Assembly: GCA_965206695.1 (NCBI GenBank) | Contig: CBDBKM010000011.1 | Location: 256,001 to 320,000 of the forward strand | Reading direction: 5' to 3' | Length of the DNA stretch: 64,000 bases | Origin: Chlamydiales bacterium | GTDB taxonomy: Bacteria; Chlamydiota; Chlamydiia; Chlamydiales; JAAZZY01 | Part shown: in pieces, positions 11,097 through 22,509 of the stretch | Layout of the letters: each line of letters starts with the position of its first letter | Position numbering within the stretch: the first letter of the stretch is position 1 | Notes under the pieces: model-generated | The model's database searches: none | Told to the model about the DNA's origin: nothing | The model's input: the letters and a program-made list of their open reading frames with translations, nothing else | Program-made: the position numbers and the translations under genes

Positions 11097-13720
11097 TTTT
11101 CCTCAAGAATGTGACGTATGTTATCGAAAAACCCCGGAATATCTTTTGGAACAACTCCTCCTGCCTGTGCCATATCTGCCTTTCCTCCACCTTTACCGTC
11201 GATTAAAGGAACTATATCCTTCATTAATTCCACTGCCTTGATCCCTTTTTGAATGATATCTTGGCTTACATTCACCATCAAATGACTTCGATCCTCCTGA
11301 ACATTTAATAAGACAATGATTCCTGAAGTTAGCTTATCCATTAAACGGGTGATAAAGGGACGTAAATCTTTTGGGTTGAATGAAACCTTCGCTCCTATCC
11401 AATCAACATCTTTAATCGATTGTTTTTGTTGGAATAGATCACGAATAATTTCACCATCTCTTAATTGACTTAATTCTTTGAGTCGCTGATTTAAATCCTT
11501 ATTTTCATCCAAAAGGGAATTCAAGCGAGCAACCAGTTTAGCAGGTGTTGTTGTAACTTGGTTGGCCAAGCTAATTAATAATTCTTCTGTATCCCGAGAA
11601 AATTTTTCAGCCAAAAAACCGGTATAAGCATCGATTCTTCTAATACCGGCCGCAATACTACCTTCTTTGGCAATACGAAAAAGCCCTATATTGCCGACAT
11701 GACTCGTATGTATTCCACCACAGAGTTCTTTAGAGAAATCGATATCCACTACTCTGACATGTTTGCCATACTTTTCACCAAAGAATTGAATAATATCAGA
11801 ACGCTTTTGAACATCTGAAAAAGCTAATTCATAACACTTTACAGGGTTATTTTCTCGAATTTTTTCATTAACTAAATCTTCTATTTGATAAAGCTCTTCT
11901 TTAGTCAATGGTTTATGATGAGAAAAATCAAAACGTAGGCGTTTCGGTTCGACAACCGAACCTGCTTGCTTGACATGTTCACCTAAAACTTTTCTTAACG
12001 CCCAATGTAATAAATGGGTTGCCGTATGACTGTTGGCAGTCTTTTGTCGCCTGGCATTATCGACTGTTGCTACTAAACTATCGCCTACCAATAATTTACC
12101 TGATTCAAGTTTCCCGACATGAGCGATCACTCCCGTATAAGGAGATTGACAATCTTGAACTTTAAATAATTGCCCCTCCCCTTGTAAAATGCCTGAATCA
12201 CCAATTTGCCCACCCATTTCAGCATAAAAAGGAGTCGTATCTAAAACGACTAACCCCTCTTGACCTGAAGTCATTTTTTTTACGAATGCGTTATTCACCA
12301 CTAAGGCAGTAACCTTCCCTAATAAAGAGATGTCCCGGTACCCGGAAAAAGAACAAAGGCCATGATCTTGAATATATCCTTTAAAAAGGTTTTCTATTAC
12401 CTCTTGTTTTTCTACCTTATGGGCTTTTTTAGATTTTTCTTTCGCTTCAGTCTCTAAAATACGATACCGTTCTAAATCGATGTTTAAATCACTATCTTTG
12501 GCAATCAATTCAATTTCTTCTAAAGGTAGCCCGTACGTATCTTTAAGCTTGAAAGCATCATCTCCGCTAATCTTTTTTGTTTGTAATTCTTTCGTTTGAG
12601 AAACAATTTGATTGAGGAGATTCCCTCCTCTTTTTAACGTTCTAAAAAATGCCTCTTCTTCCGTTGTTAGAATTTCAGCAATTCTACTCTCAGCTACTTT
12701 TAATTCATGGTAATCCTCACCCATCTGATCTATTAAACATGGAAGCAAATCAGCTAAAAAAGGTTTATTTTGTCCAAGTGTTTTAGCATAACGAACAGCC
12801 CTTCTTAAAACTTTCCGTAAAACATATCCCCTATCTAGATTACTTGGTTGCACGCCATCAGCAACAGCAAAGGCTAAACATCTCAAATGATCTGCAATGA
12901 CATGGAACGCTGAGCTTTTAGCATCGCTCTTATTATAATTCACACCGCACTTATTCTCGATAGCCGCAATCAAGCTTCTTAAAACATCGGTTTCAAAGAC
13001 AGAGTCCACGCCCATTTTCAATGAAACCACTCTTTCCAGTCCCACTCCGGTATCGACACATGGATTTGGCAGAAGGTTCATGATACCATTTGCATCTCGA
13101 TTATATTGCATAAATACGAGGTTCCAAAATTCAAAAAAACGCTCACCCTTTTCATCTTCTAAAGGGCAAGTCGCAGAACCATAATCGGGTCCTTTATCGT
13201 AATATAATTCCGAACAGGGACCACATGGTCCTGTTGCACCCATCGCCCAGAAATTATCAGCTTCATCCATTCGATTGATTTTACCGACCGGCACATGTTT
13301 CAACCATAAGTCATGTGCCTCATCATCTTCACGAAATACCGTGACCCAAATCTTATCCTCTTCTAAAGCAAAAACATTTAAAATAACTTCCCAAGCTAAA
13401 CGGATCGCTTCTTCTTTAAAATAAGACCCAAAAGAAAAATTCCCTAACATTTCAAAGAAAGTTAAATGCCGGCTAGTATGACCAACATTTTCCAAATCGT
13501 TATGCTTCCCTCCGACACGTATACATTTTTGAAAAGAAACGGCTCGAGTATAAGGAGCATGCCCCTTATCTAATAAAACATCTTTAAACTGATTCATCCC
13601 GGCATTGATAAACAATAAAGTCGGATCATCATGAGGAATGACAGAAGAAGAAGGTACGATTGTATGGTCTTGACTTTTGAAATAGTGGAGGAATTGACGG
13701 CGAATCTCTTGTGAAAGCAT
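11090..13720 (-). CDS. alaS: Alanine--tRNA ligase
   Basis: DPTLLFINAGMNQFK, TFFEMLGNFSFG, HTATHLLH, ELCGG. Confidence 0.98.
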   Translation of the reverse strand: MLSQEIRRQFLHYFKSQDHTIVPSSSVIPHDDPTLLFINAGMNQFKDVLLDKGHAPYTRAVSFQKCIRVGGKHNDLENVGHTSRHLTFFEMLGNFSFGSYFKEEAIRLAWEVILNVFALEEDKIWVTVFREDDEAHDLWLKHVPVGKINRMDEADNFWAMGATGPCGPCSELYYDKGPDYGSATCPLEDEKGERFFEFWNLVFMQYNRDANGIMNLLPNPCVDTGVGLERVVSLKMGVDSVFETDVLRSLIAAIENKCGVNYNKSDAKSSAFHVIADHLRCLAFAVADGVQPSNLDRGYVLRKVLRRAVRYAKTLGQNKPFLADLLPCLIDQMGEDYHELKVAESRIAEILTTEEEAFFRTLKRGGNLLNQIVSQTKELQTKKISGDDAFKLKDTYGLPLEEIELIAKDSDLNIDLERYRILETEAKEKSKKAHKVEKQEVIENLFKGYIQDHGLCSFSGYRDISLLGKVTALVVNNAFVKKMTSGQEGLVVLDTTPFYAEMGGQIGDSGILQGEGQLFKVQDCQSPYTGVIAHVGKLESGKLLVGDSLVATVDNARRQKTANSHTATHLLHWALRKVLGEHVKQAGSVVEPKRLRFDFSHHKPLTKEELYQIEDLVNEKIRENNPVKCYELAFSDVQKRSDIIQFFGEKYGKHVRVVDIDFSKELCGGIHTSHVGNIGLFRIAKEGSIAAGIRRIDAYTGFLAEKFSRDTEELLISLANQVTTTPAKLVARLNSLLDENKDLNQRLKELSQLRDGEIIRDLFQQKQSIKDVDWIGAKVSFNPKDLRPFITRLMDKLTSGIIVLLNVQEDRSHLMVNVSQDIIQKGIKAVELMKDIVPLIDGKGGGKADMAQAGGVVPKDIPGFFDNIRHILEEKC

Positions 13721-13882
13721 AAAATTAGTTGGTTAAATGTAAGAAATAAGGTCGATTGTAACAAAAAACAGATTTAGATGGAAGAAGAGGTCAAATGACT
13801 TAAATGCATTGAAATTCAAGAGAATTGAAATTAAAGGAAATAGTTCTTAGTATGATTAAAAATTTAATTTTAGGTTACCCTT

Positions 13883-14344
13883 ATGTCTAATTACAAAGGA
13901 CATTCATACTTCAATATCCTTTTATTATTACCCATAGCCGTTGCTGTTATCTATTTTTTCATTACAAAAGAGACTGCCTACATCATAACTTTTGGATGTA
14001 CTTTCGCTTATGGTACATTATTTATGAGTCCTGATTCTGATGTAGCGAATAAGATTAAGCTGTTTTCAATTCGCGGTTTTTTTTCATTCCCTTTTAGAAC
14101 GTATGCCGGAGTCTTCAAGCATAGAGGGCTTTCTCATTCATTACTATTTGGTACGCTCACTCGCATTGCCTGGCTTGCTTTATATGCCATAGTAGTGCTG
14201 TTTATCATTTATAAAAGCACCTCAGACATAGAGAAATTTTATTTATACTTAAAACAAAACCGGACTTATTTAATTTATGGCTTTGCAGGTCTGTTCTTAG
14301 CTGACATAGGCCATCTTTCACTTGACAAAAAGATCGCTCGCTAA
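13883..14344 (+). CDS. DUF2227-like putative metal-binding membrane protein
   Basis: N-terminal His, SPDxD, HRGLSHS and HLxLD motifs; hydrophobic. Confidence 0.7.
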   Translation: MSNYKGHSYFNILLLLPIAVAVIYFFITKETAYIITFGCTFAYGTLFMSPDSDVANKIKLFSIRGFFSFPFRTYAGVFKHRGLSHSLLFGTLTRIAWLALYAIVVLFIIYKSTSDIEKFYLYLKQNRTYLIYGFAGLFLADIGHLSLDKKIAR

Positions 14345-14820
14345 TGCATCATATCCTCAGATTTACAGTACTCAATAAAGGTTCCTTTTTTAACCTCCGG
14401 TGTACCCTTAAATTCGATAATTAAAACACTACTTTTTGATAAGTCATATACCGTTTCTGAATTGTCTAAGAGATGTGCAGCTAATAACCCTAAATTAGGT
14501 GCATGGCCTACCAAAGCTAAATAATTACAATCTTTTGCCTGTTTTACTAAGCTTAATATTGCATTCTCATCAAAGTCATTTCCAAGTGCCGCCTCTACTT
14601 CTACTGTCGCTTTTGAAAAAACGTCAGTAATAATTTTCGTTGTCTCTCTAGCTCTCAGAAGTGGAGAGGTCATAATTTTATCTATTGAAATTCCCTTTTT
14701 CTTTAAAAACTCAGCTACTCTTTTTTCAGTCGTCTTACCCAAATCACTTAATGGCCGATGGAAGTCATCGCCACTATAACTATCATTTGCTTGTGCATGT
14801 CGCATAATCAGTAAAAACAT
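14341..14820 (-). CDS. sixA: Phosphohistidine phosphatase SixA
   Basis: MRHAQA, RPLSDLG, TSPLLRARET and VGHAP motifs. Start MFLL at 14820 has a GGAGGAG RBS. Confidence 0.85.
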   Translation of the reverse strand: MFLLIMRHAQANDSYSGDDFHRPLSDLGKTTEKRVAEFLKKKGISIDKIMTSPLLRARETTKIITDVFSKATVEVEAALGNDFDENAILSLVKQAKDCNYLALVGHAPNLGLLAAHLLDNSETVYDLSKSSVLIIEFKGTPEVKKGTFIEYCKSEDMMH

Positions 14821-14864
14821 AGCTCCTCCAATTAAAATAAAATTCAATATCAAACTACTATATA

Positions 14865-15800
14865 TAGTCATTTAATTTTACATTGATAAGATTGCTTGAT
14901 CAATGGCGAATTTAACATTCGTAACTTTTCGTAATATCTCTCTAACTTTATTTTTCATATTAGCCCAATATTTTTCTATAGGATTTAAGTCCGGAGAATA
15001 GGGAGGAAGAAACATAAGCTTACAACCGGCAGATTCTACTGTTTTCCTGCTTTCCGCTGACTTGTGAAAACCGGCATTGTCAAGAATAAGAACACTACCG
15101 GGTGTAAGCTGAGGAGTCAAAACTTCCTTAAGCCAAATATTGAATAACCCGGTATTACAAGTACCTTCAAAACACATTGGAGATAAAAACTGCCCTTTAG
15201 ATAGGGCTGAAATAATATTTTGCCTTATAAAGCGGTTTCCTGAAACCGCTCCAAAAACTTTTTTGCCGCGTAAGCTTCTTCCGGACTCACGAAATAAAAA
15301 TTGATGAATCCCGGTTTCATCGAGATAAATTCTCTTGTCAAAGGGAATATTTTTTAAATCTTTCGTAAAAGCTTCCCGTTTCTTTTCATCTCTTTCCTTA
15401 TAGCGAGTAGTTTTTTTTTTCGTGTAATTTTTAATCTTTTAAGGGCATAAAAAATCGTTTGCGGAGTGACTGAAAAATAATCAGCAATTTCCGATAAAAA
15501 ATAATCCGGATGTTTTTCTACATATTTAGATAACAACTCATCATCTAATTTCTTATAAGCATATTTTCTGCGGATTGGCTTTAAATGTCCTTTTTGCTTT
15601 TTTTGCAAGATCCATCGATATATTGTTGCGATACCTACTTGAAAAATATGGCCGGCTGTTTTTTTATCATGATGTTTTTCTATATGTTGTAATACTTTCT
15701 CTTGAAGATCTACTGAAATAGGCTCTAGGCATTGTTTTGTCCTTACTGTTTGTATAAAAAAAGAAGGATAACATATTATCAAATAAAAATTAAAATACTA
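14865..15800 (-). mobile_element. IS630-family element A, copy 1 (extra base near the start of ORF1, defective)
   Basis: Near-identical to the other four copies. Ends TAGTATTTTAATTTT and TAGTCATTTAATTTT, flanked by TA. DNAGFH and LPPYSPDLNPIE motifs. Confidence 0.95.
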
Positions 15801-16136
15801 TAAAGGTTCGTTCCGTATTTAATAAGATTCCCAATAAAGACCGAGATGCAAGAGGTTTAAAAGCAGACATTACATTATCTGATTGTTTGATGTCCGGTTT
15901 AGCTGTTTTCGGATTAAAGTTTCCTTCACTTCTACAATTCGATGAAGGACGTCAAGATGAGGTCATTCAACATAATTTAAGCACTCTTTACAATATTACA
16001 AATATTCCTTCCGATACTTATATGAGAGAACCACTTGACCAAGTTGATTTTCGATGGATTAGACCTGCTTTTACTGCCGTATTCTTTCTTCTTCAAAGAG
16101 GAAAAGTTTTTGAAGATTACAAATTTTTGAATAAGT

Positions 16137-18152
16137 CAGGAGTTTTGCAGCAAGTTGTTAGTCAAAATATGCCTCATATTTAAAGTAATCGCGGGCTTTA
16201 TAATCTCCCGGTCTTGCAGATAAAAGGATGTATTATCTTTCATTCTTCGCTTAAATTTATTTAGCCAAGCATAAATAGACATAAAAATATGGTTTCGTTG
16301 CGCTCGTGCATTACGAGACTGCCGGCGCTCAAGGCCACAAGTTTGTTTCAATTCCCTATGATAGACTTCTACTTTCCAACGAACTTTCATGATCTTCTCC
16401 ACATCATTACGGCTAGGATCTTCCATATTGGTGACCACATAGTCAACGCGGCCATTTTTAGCCGGAAACTTAAAAACCGTAACAAAACCATAGCCTCGTA
16501 AGTGCATGTTTAGCCCTTCATCCGGAATATCCGAATCTTCTAAAGTTTCGTTCCGATTAACCTTCCTATTTTTACGTAAAGTAGTGACAAAGTATAACCC
16601 CATATCCCTGATAGACTTTAAGTTTTTTAAACCGGAATACCATGAATCCATAACAACCACTTGAGGGTTAAAGCTTCGACTTTGACTGAGTTTGAGCATT
16701 TCTACACAATGAGTATTCTTTGTTTTACCATCACTATTCCTATCATAAGTCCTATAATCCACAGGGACATATTGCTCTGAATTTAGCCCATACCATAAAA
16801 GGTTGACTAAACCAATTCCTGCCACAACATCATGTACATTCCCGGAATACCGGTAATTAACAAGCTCTATCTTTTTACTATAGTGAATAAACTTTAATTT
16901 TTCTTTTATATATGTTATTTTTTTGACATGGCATATTCAACTGATTTAAGACAAAAGGCTTTAGCCTATATAGAAGGAGGAGGCTCTCAGGTAGAGGCCG
17001 GGCGTATTTTTGGTGTAACAACACGTACTTTATTGAATTGGATAAATAGAAAAAAAGCAGGGCGTTTAGCTGCCGCGACAACAAGAAAACGCAAACCTTA
17101 TAAAATTGACGGAGATAAACTGAAGCATTATATTGAAAAGCATCCTGACAGCTATTTGAGAGAAATAGCTGCTGTTTTCAGTGTATCCGTTAACGCCATA
17201 TGCAAAGCATATAAGCGCTTAAAGATCACTTTAAAAAAAAGACGCCCTTCTACAGGGAACGGGATGAGAAAAAAAGAGAGGTGTTTCAAAAAGAGTTAAA
17301 GCACATCCCTCCTGAAAATAGAGTCTATATTGATGAAAGCGGTATCAATGAATATCTCGATCGTCAATATGGCAGAGCTTTGAAGGGAAAATTGATTTAT
17401 GGAGCCGTATCAGGTCATCGTTATCAGAGGGAAAGCTTTATAGCAGCAAAAAATGAATCACGTATTTTTGCTCCCTTTTGTTATACCGGTACTTGCAATA
17501 CGCTATTATTCAATACATGGCTTGAGCAGGTACTTATTCCTGAATTGAAGCCCGGGCAGGTTGTTATTATGGATAATGTAAGTTTTCACAAGTCTAAGGA
17601 AACCATAGACATTATCCAAAGCAAAGGGTGCCGTATTTTATTTCTGCCTCCTTATTCTCCTGATCTAAATCCAATTGAGCAATTTTGGGCAAATTTTAAA
17701 AGAAAAATAAAAGAAACTCTTAAGCTCTATTCAGGGTTAGCAGAAGCTATCGATAGTGCTTTTGTTGAGGTGTGTAATATATGAAATATTAAAGTTTATT
17801 CACTATATGTGTTTTTGAAAGACCGGTATCATCAATAATAAGTACACAAGGCTCATCAATATCGACATAATGTTTTACCGTTTCAAAGATTTCTTTAGGT
17901 TGAAATTTTTTATCTTTTAGCCGGCGGCTAATGCTGTCATGTGACAACGTATCAGGGCAAACTTCTGACATCGCAAGGCTAGAATATCTAACACTGCTTG
18001 CTTGAATGAATGAGCTATACAATTCCTTTGTGCATTTATGTAACGACATTTCTTTTTCTCCTCCCACAAAAAAAAGAAAAAATCATAACTTAATTCAAAA
18101 AAATATTTAAACACTTATTTCAATAACAAATTTCTTTTGTGCGAAACTCCTG
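16137..18152 (-). mobile_element. IS701-family element interrupted by IS630-B
   Basis: IRs CAGGAGTTTTGCA / TGCGAAACTCCTG with a TAAGT duplication. The transposase halves (IIDDT; MDSWY, RWKVEVYHRELKQ) rejoin as LSKTHSKKIELVN. Confidence 0.85.
16881..17805 (+). mobile_element. IS630-family element B (ORFs 16928-17299 and 17281-17784, slippery TTTAAAAAAAAG)
   Basis: Perfect 18-bp IR TAGTGAATAAACTTTAAT, TA duplication, DESG, DNVSFH and PYSPDLNPIE motifs. Confidence 0.95.
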
Positions 18153-18671
18153 TAAGTATCTTTTAATTGCGTGTGACGGAACGGGTATGTTTTCTTCACC
18201 ATCTGTTCATTGTGATAATTATTGTAAAAAACATTCTAGAGACGGTCGTATGACTTATTATCATCAGATGTTAGGTGCAGTAGTTATTCATCCCGATCGG
18301 AAAGAAGTTTTTCCTTTATGCCCCGAACCGATCTCTAAATTAGACGGTAGCACTAAAAACGATTGTGAGCAAAATGCCATGACACGATTTTTAACCGATT
18401 TTCAAAAAGAACATCCCCGTTTGGAAGTCATTTTTACGGAAGATGCATTGTTTGCAAAAGGCTCTTATCTGCAAAAAATTTTGGCAATAGGAGCTCACTT
18501 TATCGTAGGAGCTAAACCGTCGGGTAATCCCGGTTTATTCGCTTGGTTAAAAGGAACCCCCTCTTAAGAAAAAAACGATAACGACAGACAAGGAAGTCGT
18601 AGAACTTAGTTTTTATAACGGTGTTCCTCTCAATGATAAACATCGTGATTTAGAAGTAAATTTTATTGATT

Positions 18672-19648
18672 AGACTTCTTTCGAAATTAGATTTTTGATT
18701 ATAGTATCCTACTTTTAAACTCACCTTACGCACGCACTCTCGTAAAGAGCGTTTGATTCTGTAACCTCCTTAGTAGAAGGCGCGCGTAAGGTGAGTTTAA
18801 AAGTAGGTTTGTATCATGAAATTTGAAAAACTCGCACCTTGAATGATGAAAAGTTTCGTCGTTGAACAGGTATAAAAAAATCAACATTCGATAGAATGAT
18901 ATTCATATTAAACACATCAATTAAAACCGGAAGAACTCTTACCGGAAGAAAAAAGAAACTAAGTTTAGAAGATACATTATTAATGACTTTAGAGTATATG
19001 AGAGAATATAGGACCTATTTTCATATCAGTCAAAGTTCCGGTATAAGTGAAAGCAGTGCTTATAAAAGTATAAAGTGGGTTGAAGGTACACTTATTAAGC
19101 ACCCTAATTTTGCTTTACCCGGTCGTAAAGCACTTTTAAAAAACGATTCGGTATATGAGCTTATTTTAATAGATGCCACGGAAACAGCCGTTGAAAGGCC
19201 CAAAAAAAATTCTACTCGGGGAAAAAGAAAAAGCATACCTTAAAGACTCAGGTTATAGTAGATAAAAAAACACGACAGATTATTTGTACTGCATTTTCTA
19301 ATGGTAGGAGACATGACTTTAGACTGTTTAAGGAATCAAAAATAAAAATTCATCCGGGAATAAGCGTATTAACGGATACGGGATATCAAGGATTAAAAAA
19401 GCTTCATGCTAATACTAATATGCCAAAAAAGAAAAGTAAGAAGAAGGCTCTAACTAAAGAAGATAAGAAACATAATAGACAATTATCAAGGGAACGCGTT
19501 CTGAATGAAAATGTGACAGGAGTGATCAAACGCTTTAAAATCATTTCCGGTCGTTATCGAAATAGACGAAAAAGGTTTGCATTGCGGTTCAATCTTATTG
19601 CGGGAATTTATAATTTAGAACTCATATGATGCATTTCGAAAGAAGTCG
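18672..19648 (+). mobile_element. IS5-family (ISL2-like) element with a degenerate transposase
   Basis: IR GACTTCTTTCGAAAT at both ends. Motifs IDATET, ERPKK, DTGYQG and RYRNRRKRF, with frameshifts. Confidence 0.8.
18720..18795. repeat. 76-bp MITE-like palindromic element inside the IS5 left end
   Basis: IR CTCACCTTACGC(A/G)CGC, flanked by a TTTAAA direct repeat (18714-18719 and 18796-18801). Confidence 0.75.
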
Positions 19649-19712
19649 AATGAATTAGAAATAAACCGGAAACTTATTTCAATGGAATAATCACGAAGAT
19701 TAAAGTACTATA

Positions 19713-20647
19713 TAGTATTTTAATTTTTATTTGATAATATGTTATCCTTTTTTTTTTATACAAACAGTAAGGACAAAACAATGCCTAGAGCCTATTCAGT
19801 AGATCTTCGAGAGAAAGTATTACAACATATAGAAAAACATCATGATAAAAAAACAGCCGGCCATATTTTTCAAGTAGGTATCGCAACAATATATCGATGG
19901 ATCTTGCAAAAAAAGCAAAAAGGACATTTAAAGCCAATCCGCAGAAAATATGCTTATAAAAAATTAGATGATGAGTTGTTATCTAAATATGTAGAAAAAC
20001 ATCCGGATTATTTTTTATCGGAAATTGCTGATTATTTTTCAGTCACTCCGCAAACGATTTTTTATGCCCTTAAAAGATTAAAAATTACACGAAAAAAAAA
20101 ACTACTCGCTATAAGGAAAGAGATGAAAAGAAACGGGAAGCTTTTATGAAAGATTTAAAAAATATTCCCTTTGACAAGAGAATTTATCTCGATGAAACCG
20201 GGATTCATCAATTTTTATTTCGTGAGTCCGGAAGAAGCTTACGCGGCAAAAAAGTTTTTGGAGCGGTTTCAGGAAACCGCTTTATAAGGCAAAATATTAT
20301 TTCAGCCCTATCTAAAGGGCAGTTTTTATCTCCAATGTGTTTTGAAGGTACTTGTAATACCGGGTTATTCAATATTTGGCTTAAGGAAGTTTTGACTCCT
20401 CAGCTTACACCCGGTAGTGTTCTTATTCTTGACAATGCCGGTTTTCACAAGTCAGCGGAAAGCAGGAAAACAGTAGAATCTGCCGGTTGTAAGCTTATGT
20501 TTCTTCCTCCCTATTCTCCGGACTTAAATCCTATAGAAAAATATTGGGCTAATATGAAAAATAAAGTTAAAGAGATATTACGAAAAGTTACGAATTTTAA
20601 ATTCGCCATTGATCAAGCAATCTTATCAATGTAAAATTAAATGACTA
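19713..20647 (+). mobile_element. IS630-family element A, copy 2 (apparently intact, -1 frameshift at an A10 run)
   Basis: Both ORFs are open, IRs present, TA flanks. Confidence 0.95.
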
Positions 20648-20671
20648 TACATCGAACTTGGGTTAAATTAA

Positions 20672-22126
20672 TTATCTAAAAAAAACAACTATCCGGCCAA
20701 CAACATTACCTATAGCCTGATCCAAAAAAATTAAAGAAATAGCCAACATTATTAAAGTAGGTATAATGGCACCTAAAAAAAGATAAAACGGAGAAACTCC
20801 CTTTTTAAAATAAGGACTTAGTAGCATTTGCCCTGCAGGATTCGGAGCATTGGCAATGACGGTTAAGCCACCACCGGTAATAGCACCGGTTACAATAGCA
20901 TACTTAAGAGCGTAGCTAAGATCCGGAATTAAAGTGCTAAGATAGGTAATCATAGCATTATCATTAAAACTGGTTAACAACGCTGAAGCAAATATCAAAG
21001 GGATTATTGACAGAGACTGAATAATCGGTTCAATCCACCATCCTTGCAAATTTCCATGTATGATCAAGGCTCCTAAGAAAGTTCCAACTAATATAGGGCT
21101 TTTTAAATTCAAAAAATCCTGATAAGGCCTGGTCACTCGATAAAAGCCCAGGAATAAAAAGAAAATGCCGACAACCACAGCAGGATACTTTTCATCCATT
21201 ACCAGCGCGACTACAAATAAGATATGAACGACTGTAATCCATAAAGGAATAGCCTCTTTTTCCGGTGGTTTAGAAGAAGTGGATTCACTCTCTTGCTTTT
21301 TTTTCTCTAATAAAGCCAGCTCTTTTCGAAAAGTGAAAAAATACAAGGTATTAGATAATAAAATAGCTAGGATCGATTTCCATCCGAAAGTGGTAAACAT
21401 AAACCAACTACTCCAATTCCATGTTCGTGCAACCATTAGAACCGGTGGTGCAGCAAAATTAGTTAAGACCCCTCCAATACTGATATTTACAAATAAAAGC
21501 CCTATTGTGGCATAGGCTAATTTTTTACCGGGATGAAAATGATAAAATTGCCTACCAAGCAATAAAGCAGAAAGTGTCATCGCACCGGGTTCTGTGATCA
21601 AAGAACCAAAAATAGGCCCAATCGTTAAAATCGTAAACCACCAAGCCGCAATTGACCCCTTAAATATTTTAGCAACAAAATAAAGAGCTCTTTCAGCACA
21701 ACTAATAATTGGGAGGGTGCCGGCTATCGTCATGATACAAATAACAAAAAGAGCTTCGGTGTAATTATTATTATCAATATATTCAATAGCAGTTGTCCAG
21801 TCCCAAAAATAAGCCATTGTAATCATCAAAGGTATCACCCATAAACCAAAAATAATCTCGACTTCACCTAAGAAAAAGAGAACCTCTACTACAAAGCTTT
21901 TATTACTGCTTATTTTATTTTCGGGATGTTTTTGCTTCCATTTTCTTTCAACACTACAAGCCAAATGAGTGAAATTATGAGCCAAAAGAGTATGAATAAT
22001 CGCTAAGGCAAAAATAATAAGAGCAGCTAAATTGAATGGGTTTTCTTGGATACGACATAGGAGAATATCGGTCAACCTATGATGTAATATATCACAAGGA
22101 ATGTCTGTTGCTGCAAGCAATGCCAT
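20672..22126 (-). CDS. Putative Na+/H+ antiporter (DUF1504-like)
   Basis: Polytopic membrane protein with LGEVE, GSLITEPGAMT, FAAPPVLMVA and GGGLTVIANAPNPAG motifs. Confidence 0.75.
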   Translation of the reverse strand: MALLAATDIPCDILHHRLTDILLCRIQENPFNLAALIIFALAIIHTLLAHNFTHLACSVERKWKQKHPENKISSNKSFVVEVLFFLGEVEIIFGLWVIPLMITMAYFWDWTTAIEYIDNNNYTEALFVICIMTIAGTLPIISCAERALYFVAKIFKGSIAAWWFTILTIGPIFGSLITEPGAMTLSALLLGRQFYHFHPGKKLAYATIGLLFVNISIGGVLTNFAAPPVLMVARTWNWSSWFMFTTFGWKSILAILLSNTLYFFTFRKELALLEKKKQESESTSSKPPEKEAIPLWITVVHILFVVALVMDEKYPAVVVGIFFLFLGFYRVTRPYQDFLNLKSPILVGTFLGALIIHGNLQGWWIEPIIQSLSIIPLIFASALLTSFNDNAMITYLSTLIPDLSYALKYAIVTGAITGGGLTVIANAPNPAGQMLLSPYFKKGVSPFYLFLGAIIPTLIMLAISLIFLDQAIGNVVGRIVVFFR

Positions 22127-22214
22127 AAGCTTATCAAGAAAAATCCTTTAATCTGCTTATATGATAAAAAATTATTTTAAAAAAAGAGTTAACTAAAAAA
22201 GAATAAGAAAAGCT

Positions 22215-22509
22215 TCAAGAAATATCCTCCGTTTGGAGGATGTGAGCGTCATACTTTTGCCTTTCATCAATTGCTTTAATTTCATCATCCGGGTGAAGAT
22301 TGACAACCTTGCAAGAATATGTAACCGGATTGGCTGTTACAGTAAAGCTGTCATGACCGGGTGTGGATGCCAACCTTTTGGTTGCTACAACAACAAGATT
22401 TTTTTTACAACCCATTAACCTTTGAACTAATTGTATCACTATTTTTAACCGGAAGAGCTCCTGTAGGTAAAAAATCATTTTGTAAATCCACCGGAGTCAA
22501 CACTCTCAT
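22215..22509 (-). pseudogene. pncA: Nicotinamidase remnant (stop, frameshift, large internal deletion)
   Basis: ATG at 22509 reads MRVLTPVDLQNDFLPTGALPV, then a stop. A degenerate DWHPxGHxSF region joins directly to a C-terminal VNLHPDD segment. Confidence 0.8.

Larger units (their letters stand above)
15803..19710 (+). pseudogene. Fragmented DDE transposase (unclassified, ISNCY-like), interrupted by IS701 and IS5 and truncated at both ends by IS630-A
   Basis: The frame rejoins across the IS701 insertion (FLNK|YLLIACDGTG). Motifs include LSDCLMSGLAVFGLKFPSLLQFD and KNDCEQNA. Confidence 0.75.
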
